Source of the DNA: Planctomycetota bacterium
GTDB taxonomy: Bacteria; Planctomycetota; UBA11346
Assembly (NCBI GenBank): GCA_038213805.1
Contig: JBBQSO010000107.1
Coordinates: 1 to 16,101 of the forward strand
Direction: 5' to 3'
Length of the DNA: 16,101 nucleotides
The notes beneath the pieces are model-generated. The model was given only the letters and a program-made list of their open reading frames with translations. It made no database searches and was not told the origin of the DNA. Positions 1 through 7,112 of the stretch are shown here, in pieces; the stretch's first letter is position 1; each line of letters starts with the position of its first letter. Position numbers and translations under genes: made by a program.

Positions 1-1
1 G

Positions 2-439
2 TACGAGGTCGATGAGTCGTTGGCGGGCAAGCGGGTCAAGTGCAAGGCCTGCGGGACCGTGATCCTGATCACGTGCGCGGGCCCGGCGCCGGCCGCACGA
101 CACGCCCCCCCCCCACGCCCTGCCCACAGGCTCTACGACGATTTTTTGGTGTTGAGAGAGAGAGTCATCGCACCCTATGCCCTCGCCCTCGCCCTCGCCG
201 CTCACACCGCACCGCGCGCGTCGTCCCGCGCGCGTCGGTCCCCAAAGCGCCACTCGCGCTTCGCCCGACGCGTCCGCCCTCCGCCCGCGCCACTCGGCCT
301 TGCTCCTTTCGCTCTCGCCCTTGCGCCAATTCTTGCGTCGCGCCGCTCGCCTTGCGTCCCGGCGCCTCGCGCCTCGCGCCTCGCGCCTCGCGCCTCGCGC
401 CTCGCGCCTTGGGTCTTGGGTCTAGGGTCTAGGGTCTAG
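2..439 (+). CDS. 5'-truncated ORF with the second half of a zinc-ribbon (MJ0042-type finger-like) motif; beyond about nt 100 the frame is low complexity and probably not genuine coding sequence
   Basis: Frame 2 from nt 2 reads YEVDESLAGKRVKCKACGTVILI, matching the Y-x-V-x(3)-LAGK-x-VKC-x2-CG pattern of N-terminal zinc ribbons common in Planctomycetes; the first CxxC would be upstream of the window. After the C10 tract (105-114) the translation is largely repeat-derived. Confidence 0.5.
   Translation, partial: YEVDESLAGKRVKCKACGTVILITCAGPAPAARHAPPPRPAHRLYDDFLVLRERVIAPYALALALAAHTAPRASSRARRSPKRHSRFARRVRPPPAPLGLAPFALALAPILASRRSPCVPAPRASRLAPRASRLAPWVLGLGSRV
362..438. repeat. Heptamer tandem array: (GCGCCTC)x6 + GCGCCTT, followed in phase by GGGTCTT + (GGGTCTA)x3
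   Basis: Read directly: GCGCCTC units start at 362, 369, 376, 383, 390, 397; GCGCCTT 404-410; GGGTCTT 411-417; GGGTCTA at 418, 425, 432. Confidence 0.95.
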
Positions 440-3400
440 GGCTTCCCCTCCCCCCCCCACGAACCGCCAGCGCCCCCACAGGTTCGGCGACAGCCGCGCC
501 TCGCTCGGCACGTCGGCGGTCATCGAGGTTGCCTTGTTCGACCAGTAGCAGCGCTGCATGGTCTGGAAGCCGTTGCCGCGCAGCAGGCCGATGTCCGCCT
601 TGATGACTTGGTTGGCGCCGGGCTTGAGGCCGAGCAGGGCGAGCGGCACCGACAGCTCGTAGTCGCCCTCGTGATTGGCGAGCTGCACCTGATCGTCGAC
701 GCGCAGCACCTCGTCCATGGCGATGCTTGAGACCGGCGAGGTGAAGGGGAAGCGCTCGCCGGTGTGCCCCGCCACCAGCGGACGGTAGAGCACCGCCATC
801 AGCTTGTCCTGGACGCGCGACACCAGCAGGCGGCAATCGCCGCGCACCGGCTCGGGACGGTCGGGATTGGCCTGCGGATCCGCGCCGATCATCAGGTCGA
901 GGCAACCGCCGCTCTTGAACAGCGTCTGCCAGGTGGCGCCGGAATTGCGCAGCAGGTTGCCGTCGGCGTTGCGCCAGGCGGCGTAGAGGCGGTCGCCGTG
1001 GACCGCCACCGCGCCCTGCACCAGGTCGAGTCGCGCGCCCCAGTCGCCCTGGGTGACGGTGCGCCGGTCGATGGTCGCCCAGTCGGCGCCGGCCCAGTCG
1101 TCGAGCTTGCCGTCGATCACGGGCGCGGCCGCGCGCAGCTTCACGGCGAGCACCCCGCCGCCCTCCTCACGCTGGCGGCGCGCCTCCTGCTCCAGCGTCC
1201 AGCTCGCGGCCTTGGCGAGCTGCTCGGCGCCGACCACGAGCTCCGTGGACGGCAGGCGCAGGATGCTCTCGAGCCCGCCGACCTGGACGATGCTGCTGCC
1301 CGAGACCACGTAGATGCGGCCGTCCGCGGTCTGCGTCATGCTGGGCCAGAAGTTTTCCTGGCCGAGCGAGCTGTCCTCGACGTGCATGCCGCGCGTCGCG
1401 GTCGGCATCGCCCAGGTCGAGGCCTGGCGGCCATCCTTGAACAACGTGGCGACGAACAGCCCGTCGCTGGTGAAGACGTAGATGCTGCCGTGGTTGCCGT
1501 TGATCGCCCAGCACCAGCCGGCGTCGGAGCCCGCCGGCTTGAACGGAGGGCCGACCACGCGCGTGGTGCCGATCAGTTCGCCCGGACGGTCGGCGACCGG
1601 CGAGGAATGCGAGGGATGCAGGCCGGGCCACAGGCTGGGATACGTCCAGCGCACCACGCCGTCCTTGGCGCCGCTCATCGAGGACTGCTGCGGGAAGGGC
1701 GCGGGCGGGATGGTCAGCACCGTCCAGCCATCGGCGCAGACCAGGGTGTTGCCGCCGCCCGAGGTGTTGGCGATGCGTCCGCCCGGCACCACCGCCGTGG
1801 CCGTGGCCGCGTCGTACAGCGGCACGCCGCTGGCATCGAAACCGGTGGGCTTCGCCACCAACCCGGTCGAGGTCGCCAGCGACAGGTCCGGTTGCACGGT
1901 GACGGCGCCGACCTCGTCGCGGTGGAAGGTGACCTCTTCAGCGTCGACCTTGCCATCGTGGTTGCGGTCGCTCCAGGCGAAGAACAGCGCGTCGCGTTCG
2001 AAATCGGTTCCGGCCGGCAGGCGCGCGCGGTAGGCGGCGGCACCAGTGCCGGCGCCCGGGATCTCGATCACGCCGCCCGCCGGCAGGTCGAGGTCGATGG
2101 TGGGGTCGATGCGCGAGAAGGCGGCCCGGTCGAAGTTCTCGCCGAAGTGGTAGTCGCCGCGCAAGCCGCCTGGACGGGTGGCGCCGGTGGCGATCAGCTG
2201 GCTCGCCGGGATGACGCTCTTGGCGAGGCCCGCGGCCGACCACAGCAGGTGGATCGCCGCACCACCGCTGCCCTGATACCATTCCACACGGATGTCGACC
2301 GGCTTGCCGGCGGTCAGCGTTGCGCTGCCGTGGTCCTCGGTCGGTCCGTGCCCGCTCCAATTGTCGATCAGCGGCTTGCCGTCCACCCACAGCCGCACGC
2401 CATCATCACTGACGGTGTGGAAGGTGACCTGGCCGGTGACCGTCGGCACCACCGTGCCGGTCCAGCGCACCGAGAAGCGGTCGAGCTTGGCGAAGCGCTC
2501 GGCGATGCTCGGCCACGAGCGCGCGCGGCCCGCGGCGGCGATCGGCCTGGCGATGCCGTCCACCAAGCTCCAGATGCCGACCACGTCGGCGCCGCCGGTG
2601 GGGTTGGAATCGTAGGTGTTGGTCAGGTAGTCGTGCCCGCCGACGTGCTCCATGCGCTCCGGCTGCCCGCCGCCGATGTCCACGCCGCCGCGCCAGATCA
2701 CGCTGCGCAGGGCGTCGCCACCGGTCTTCCAGTCGAGGCTGAATTCCATGCCCTCGAAGAACAGCCGGCTCTTGTCGAGCGGGTCGATGGTGCCGCCGCA
2801 GCCATAGCGCGCCGGCCCGTAATAGGCGCGGTCGAGGCTGCCGTCCGGCTTCCACACACTGATGCGCTTGGGCTGAGTCTCATACTCAGCGACCCACAGC
2901 CGGCCGCGGGCGTCGATGGCCAGCCCGGCGGGATTGTTCAGGTGCAGCGGATCGTAGGGGCCGACGCCCGGGCGGCCCGGACGGCCGATGGTGCGCAGGG
3001 CCGCGCCGTCCAGGCTGAAGACCTTGACCTGCTGGCTGGTGCCGCGGTCGCTGACGTAGAGCTGCTGGCCCTCAACGCACAGGTCGACGGGATCCTCGAG
3101 ACCGCTGACCACCGCCTTTCCACCGAGTTCGGGATAGCCGGTCGCCGGCCCAAAGACGCCGAGTTCGGCGATCGACCACCAGTTGTTGGCGTCGCTGCCG
3201 GTCGAGACCAGCTTCAGGAAGCGCGCGCTGGTGGCTGTCGGCAGTACGAGGTCGGTGATCGCGCCGCTGCCCGCCGCGCTGACCAGGGCCTTGCCCCAGG
3301 TCGCGCCGTCGGCGCTGGCGTAGAGTTCGACGCCGCGCGGGAAGTCGCCGTCGCTGCCCTTGCAGGTCAGCGACACGCGGGCGATCTTCTGCGCGCGGCC

Positions 3401-5557
3401 CAGGTCGAGCTGGAACCAGTCGCCCTGCTGCTGGGCGTGGCCGGTGCCCCAACGCGTGTCGGCCTTGCCATCGATGGCGGGGGCCGCGTCGCCGGAGCTG
3501 GCACTGGCCACCCAGCTGGCGCGCTCGACCGGCGCACCGGTGAAGCGCTCGGCGAAGTCCGCGGGCAGGTCGGCGCGCAGCAGGCGCGTGCCGCTCAGCA
3601 CCCACAGCCGGCCCTGGGCGTCGAAGGCCACGCCACGTGGATCCGCGCACGGCAGCTGGGAGAGGATGCGTCCGTCCGCCGCCTGCACGAACATCAGCGT
3701 GTTCAACTTGGGCAGGCTGCACACGATCAGCCCGTCGCGTACCGCGATGCCGTTCAGTTCGCTGTCGCCAGGACTGGCGAAGTGCCAGTGCAGGATCGCG
3801 CCATCGCCGCCGCTCACGCGCATGCCGGTCAGGCGCAGTTCGTTCTCCTGGGCGGAGCCGACGTAGGCGTAGTAGCCGGTCAGGCGCTTCGCGCCGCGGT
3901 CGACGGCCAGGCGCGCCGCGCCGCTCCAGTTGCCGCCGATCCAGCCCACTCCGTGCAGCTTGCGGCCGTCGAGGTCGACCCAGGCCAGGCCGGAGCCGCC
4001 CTCGGTCACCGGGCTGCCGAGCAGCATGCACTCCTTGCCGTCGCCGGTCATGCCCGCGGGCACGAAGGCGCAGGCCTGCGGCGGGGTGTGGTTGGCGAGC
4101 CAGCCGCCAGTGCTGTCGGCGGTCTCCCAGGCGGGCGTGCCATGCGTGTAGAAGCTGAACTCGTAGGTCAGCGACACGTCGTCGCGCACCAGGCCGCGCA
4201 CGCGGTAGGTGCCGGGCGCGACCAGCTTGCCGGGGATGCGGTAGACGTGGTGCTCGGCAGCCTCGTAATCGCGTTCGCGGTCGTCCAGGCCATCCCACCA
4301 CGCGGTGCAGTCGCCGGCCGGGAAGCGCGTCTCGCTGACCAGGTTGCGGATGCGGTTGCCCTGGGCGTCTTCGATAACCAGCGTGACCAGGCCGGGTTTG
4401 TCGAGGTGGAAGCGCAGCGGGATCGGCGGGTGTTCGTCGGTGGTGCGCGTCGGTGCGGGCGCGGTCAATGGCTTGTCGCCGAGCGGCGCGAGCGCGAACA
4501 CCTCGGACAGCCACATGCGCTTGCCGCCGTGGGTGATGCCATTCAGGTGCGGGTGGGTGTGCTGGTCGTCATAGGGCACCACGAAGCGCACGCGCACGCC
4601 GCGCGTGGTCACCGGCTTCGGAAAGGGCAACGGGCTGAGTCCGAGCGCACGCGGGTAGAGCGGATCGACTCCGGTCGCCGGCACGATGGTGGTCCAGGCG
4701 GATTCGGGCGCGAGGGTGGGATGCTGGTCGACGGGAGCGGTGCAGTACTGCACCTCGGCCTTGGCCGCGCCCGCGCCGAGCAGGGCCAGGCCGGCAAGCG
4801 TGCGCGGCTGCTTCCAGGACAGCATTACCCAGGTGGGGTGCTCGCCGGAGATGGGCAGCTCCTGACCGTCGCCGCCGTTGTCCCACGAGTTCGAGTGGCC
4901 GTTGTCGCGCGCGTCGATGATCTTCCCCGCCGCCTCGCTGTTGGCGCTGGCGGTCGCCACCGCCTGGCCGGCGACGTTGTCGAAGCGGCCCGCGAGCAGC
5001 CACACCGCGGCGATGCGGCCGTTGTAGCGGCGGTCGTTGGCCTTGGCGACGTGGGTCAGGCGCAGCGCGCGCGTGCTGGTGCCCGGCGGCACCACCCAGG
5101 TCGCGAGTTCGCCGCCGTCGAGAGTGCTGGTCAGGCCGGCGTCGCCGAGCCGCGCCAGCGGCAACCACTGGCTGTCGTCGCCAAGGTTGCCCGGATACGC
5201 GGCTGTGGATTTCAGCACGCTGATGGTCTCGGCGTCGGCCAGGATGGTGCCGACCGCGATGGGTCTGGTGAAGCCCAGGCGCAGGTGGCGCGCACCGGGG
5301 ATCTTTCCGTCGCCGAATTCCTGGCCGTACCAGCCGGCCTGGCTGTCGCGCGTCCACACCACCCAGGACGGGCCTTCACGGCGGCGGTCGGGGCCGATCA
5401 CGGTCTCTTTGCCGTCCATCCATTCGCTGAAGGCGGCGGCGTCGAGATCGGCCTTGTCGAGCACCGGCTGGAAGAGCTCGGCGCCGTGCAGCCGCGCGCA
5501 CAGCAGCACGGCGAGGAGCGGAAGGAGGTGGACGCGAACGCTGGAGGAGCTGGTCAT
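422..5557 (-). CDS. Large secreted multidomain protein (1711 aa): signal peptide, N-terminal discoidin-like region, FlgD-type Ig domain, NHL/beta-propeller scaffold with inserted F5/8-type C (CBM32-like) and PA14 domains, DxNxDG loop, C-terminal CBM9-like domain
   Basis: Start reassigned to ATG 5557 (MTSSSSVRVHLLPLLAVLLCARLHGA, signal-peptide-like); the upstream 277 codons of the track ORF overlap another gene. FlgD-Ig: LRFHLDKPGLVTLVIEDAQGNRIRNLV...WWDGLD (about 4280-4430). F5/8C: AIDGKADTRW...WFQLDLG...ARFLKL...WWSIAELGVF (3152-3523). NHL: LNNPAGLAIDARGRLWVAE. PA14: FSVRWTG...SDDGVRLWVDGK (from 2476). CBM9-like: PVIDGKLDDWAG...YELSVPLALLG. Confidence 0.9.
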   Translation of the reverse strand: MTSSSSVRVHLLPLLAVLLCARLHGAELFQPVLDKADLDAAAFSEWMDGKETVIGPDRRREGPSWVVWTRDSQAGWYGQEFGDGKIPGARHLRLGFTRPIAVGTILADAETISVLKSTAAYPGNLGDDSQWLPLARLGDAGLTSTLDGGELATWVVPPGTSTRALRLTHVAKANDRRYNGRIAAVWLLAGRFDNVAGQAVATASANSEAAGKIIDARDNGHSNSWDNGGDGQELPISGEHPTWVMLSWKQPRTLAGLALLGAGAAKAEVQYCTAPVDQHPTLAPESAWTTIVPATGVDPLYPRALGLSPLPFPKPVTTRGVRVRFVVPYDDQHTHPHLNGITHGGKRMWLSEVFALAPLGDKPLTAPAPTRTTDEHPPIPLRFHLDKPGLVTLVIEDAQGNRIRNLVSETRFPAGDCTAWWDGLDDRERDYEAAEHHVYRIPGKLVAPGTYRVRGLVRDDVSLTYEFSFYTHGTPAWETADSTGGWLANHTPPQACAFVPAGMTGDGKECMLLGSPVTEGGSGLAWVDLDGRKLHGVGWIGGNWSGAARLAVDRGAKRLTGYYAYVGSAQENELRLTGMRVSGGDGAILHWHFASPGDSELNGIAVRDGLIVCSLPKLNTLMFVQAADGRILSQLPCADPRGVAFDAQGRLWVLSGTRLLRADLPADFAERFTGAPVERASWVASASSGDAAPAIDGKADTRWGTGHAQQQGDWFQLDLGRAQKIARVSLTCKGSDGDFPRGVELYASADGATWGKALVSAAGSGAITDLVLPTATSARFLKLVSTGSDANNWWSIAELGVFGPATGYPELGGKAVVSGLEDPVDLCVEGQQLYVSDRGTSQQVKVFSLDGAALRTIGRPGRPGVGPYDPLHLNNPAGLAIDARGRLWVAEYETQPKRISVWKPDGSLDRAYYGPARYGCGGTIDPLDKSRLFFEGMEFSLDWKTGGDALRSVIWRGGVDIGGGQPERMEHVGGHDYLTNTYDSNPTGGADVVGIWSLVDGIARPIAAAGRARSWPSIAERFAKLDRFSVRWTGTVVPTVTGQVTFHTVSDDGVRLWVDGKPLIDNWSGHGPTEDHGSATLTAGKPVDIRVEWYQGSGGAAIHLLWSAAGLAKSVIPASQLIATGATRPGGLRGDYHFGENFDRAAFSRIDPTIDLDLPAGGVIEIPGAGTGAAAYRARLPAGTDFERDALFFAWSDRNHDGKVDAEEVTFHRDEVGAVTVQPDLSLATSTGLVAKPTGFDASGVPLYDAATATAVVPGGRIANTSGGGNTLVCADGWTVLTIPPAPFPQQSSMSGAKDGVVRWTYPSLWPGLHPSHSSPVADRPGELIGTTRVVGPPFKPAGSDAGWCWAINGNHGSIYVFTSDGLFVATLFKDGRQASTWAMPTATRGMHVEDSSLGQENFWPSMTQTADGRIYVVSGSSIVQVGGLESILRLPSTELVVGAEQLAKAASWTLEQEARRQREEGGGVLAVKLRAAAPVIDGKLDDWAGADWATIDRRTVTQGDWGARLDLVQGAVAVHGDRLYAAWRNADGNLLRNSGATWQTLFKSGGCLDLMIGADPQANPDRPEPVRGDCRLLVSRVQDKLMAVLYRPLVAGHTGERFPFTSPVSSIAMDEVLRVDDQVQLANHEGDYELSVPLALLGLKPGANQVIKADIGLLRGNGFQTMQRCYWSNKATSMTADVPSEARLSPNLWGRWRFVGGGGEALDPRP

Positions 5558-5607
5558 GGGATTCCCAATGGGGTCTGCGATGCGATGAGGATGCCTGCGC
5601 GCCGCGC

Positions 5608-6381
5608 TCAGTGCTTCTTGGACTTGTACTCGACCACTCGCGCGCGCTTCTTGGTTTCCCATTCCGCGGTGAAGGCCCCCGCCTGCCAGGCGCGGTAGTT
5701 CGCGACGTGGATGAACTTGCCCGGCACCGAGCCGGTGGAGAAGGCGGTGTAGGTCTTGTAGCAGTCGATGCCGTCGGTGTGGCCGTAGACCACCCACTGC
5801 TGATCGACGCAGGCCAGCATCTCCTGGCCCTTGCACTCCCACACCAGGGTGTGCCAGACGCCGCGCTCCAGCTTGCAGGTGGCGTGGTCCATGGCGTCGT
5901 CCTTGCGGTCCTTGCCGATGAGCGGCGTGCGCCCGATCGCGATGCTGTCGGGACTGAGGTGGCAGCCCATCAGGTGCTGGCCGCCGTCGTTGTCGAAACC
6001 GAAGTTGAGGTCGTCGACGCCGTCGAACTTGAACGACACCTGCAGGACGAAGTCGGTGAGATCGAAGTGGCGGATGCGGTAGGGCCCGTGCTCGCCCGGC
6101 ACGGCCGTGACCGTGACGCCCTGGCCCTCCTCGCACTGCCACTTGCCGGGCTGGAAGCCGCGCCAGTCGTCGTCCATCGAGTGCTGGTTCATGGGATTGT
6201 CGATCGTCAGCTTGCCGCGCTCGACCATCAGGGTCTTGATCTCCATGGCCTCCGGACCGGGCGGGGGCGGCGGCGCCTTCTTCGGCACCGCGGCGCTGAC
6301 GGGCAGCGGCAGGCAGCAGAGGACGAGCAGCAGCAGATGCGTGAAGGAGCGCGGCATGGGGTTCTCGGGCAGGGGTCTCAT
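5608..6381 (-). CDS. Secreted concanavalin A-like / DUF1080-like beta-sandwich protein (257 aa; alternative start 6357)
   Basis: ATG at 6381 overlaps the upstream stop (ATGA 6381-6378). Signal peptide (LLLLVLCCLPLPVSA), Pro-rich linker, then TLMVERGKL...GKWQ...DFVLQVSFKFDG...GVWHTLVWECKGQEMLACVD...NYRAW, resembling PVC-type DUF1080/LamG-like proteins. The family assignment is from recall. Confidence 0.7.
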   Translation of the reverse strand: MRPLPENPMPRSFTHLLLLVLCCLPLPVSAAVPKKAPPPPPGPEAMEIKTLMVERGKLTIDNPMNQHSMDDDWRGFQPGKWQCEEGQGVTVTAVPGEHGPYRIRHFDLTDFVLQVSFKFDGVDDLNFGFDNDGGQHLMGCHLSPDSIAIGRTPLIGKDRKDDAMDHATCKLERGVWHTLVWECKGQEMLACVDQQWVVYGHTDGIDCYKTYTAFSTGSVPGKFIHVANYRAWQAGAFTAEWETKKRARVVEYKSKKH

Positions 6382-7112
6382 TCCGCATCCAGCGCGATGC
6401 GCAGGCCGCGGCGTTCGTGGATGAAGTCGGGCGGGTAGCACAGGCGCGCCTCAGGACGGCACCAGCGCGGCACCATGTTGCACGAGCCGCCGCACATCAG
6501 CCGGCGCTCGGGGTATGCGGCATCGCTGTCGGCGACCCACTCCCAGGCATTGCCTTCCATGCCGCGCAGGCCCCAGGCGTTGGCCGGGCAGGACGCGGCG
6601 GGATCGAGTTCGCGGCGGTGCACGTAGCCGGCGGCGGCGGCGGCGAAGGCGCGCTCCTCGTCGGCGACCGGCAGCGCCGAGCTGCCCGCGCGGCGCGCAT
6701 ATTCCCACTCGTCGGCGCGCGGCAGGCGGTAGGTGCGGCCGTCGCGCGCCCCCAGGCGCGCCAGGAACTCCTGGCAATCGTACCAGCTGACGCGCTCGAC
6801 CGGCAGGTCGTCGCCTTTCACGAAACTCGGATCGGTGCCCATCACCGCGCGCCACTGCGCCTGGGTGACCTCGCACGCGCCGATCCAGAACGGCCGTGCG
6901 AAGGTGATGCCGCGCGCCGGGTGCGCCGCGTCGGCGCCGGTGCGGTCGCCGAGCACCGCGCTGCCGGCGGGCACCAGGCGCAGCTCCAGGCCCGCCAGCG
7001 GCGTGGCGCGGATGCCGGCGGGTCGGGCGACGAACGCGCTGGTCAGCAGCATCGCCATCGCGGCGGCCGGCAGCACCAGCGCCAGCAGCGCGCCACCGCG
7101 TGCCGGATTCAC
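6378..7112 (-). CDS. Secreted or membrane-anchored formylglycine-generating-enzyme family (FGE-sulfatase/SUMF1 domain) protein, 244 aa
   Basis: GTG at 7112 overlaps the upstream stop (GTGA) and is preceded by GGAGG. Hydrophobic N-terminus. Family motifs: FWIGACEVTQAQW, LPVERVSWYDC, YRLPRADEWEYARRAG, NAWGLRGMEGNAWEWV, GGS, GLRI. Confidence 0.88.
   Translation of the reverse strand: MNPARGGALLALVLPAAAMAMLLTSAFVARPAGIRATPLAGLELRLVPAGSAVLGDRTGADAAHPARGITFARPFWIGACEVTQAQWRAVMGTDPSFVKGDDLPVERVSWYDCQEFLARLGARDGRTYRLPRADEWEYARRAGSSALPVADEERAFAAAAAGYVHRRELDPAASCPANAWGLRGMEGNAWEWVADSDAAYPERRLMCGGSCNMVPRWCRPEARLCYPPDFIHERRGLRIALDAE

Noticed and set aside
362..438. Repeats as a CRISPR array or telomere-like sequence
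   Set aside because: 7-bp units without spacers and no cas genes; the GGGTCTA run is only 3-4 units, internal, and in a bacterial gene context.
4280..4430. Flagellar function inferred from the FlgD-type Ig domain
   Set aside because: This Ig module is common in non-flagellar secreted proteins, and there are no flagellar genes here.
764..5698. 1644-aa plus-strand ORF
   Set aside because: Antisense shadow of the 1711-aa gene caused by high-GC codon bias; no recognisable motifs.
5558..6388. N-terminal 277-aa extension of the 1988-aa track ORF (possible overlapping gene or fusion)
   Set aside because: Arg/Pro/Gly-rich off-frame translation overlapping the 5608-6381 gene; a clear signal peptide begins at ATG 5557.
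6378..7112. FGE/CLec-fold protein as a diversity-generating retroelement target
   Set aside because: No reverse transcriptase and no second copy of the 3' region (TR/VR pair) is visible in the window; a remote DGR cannot be excluded.
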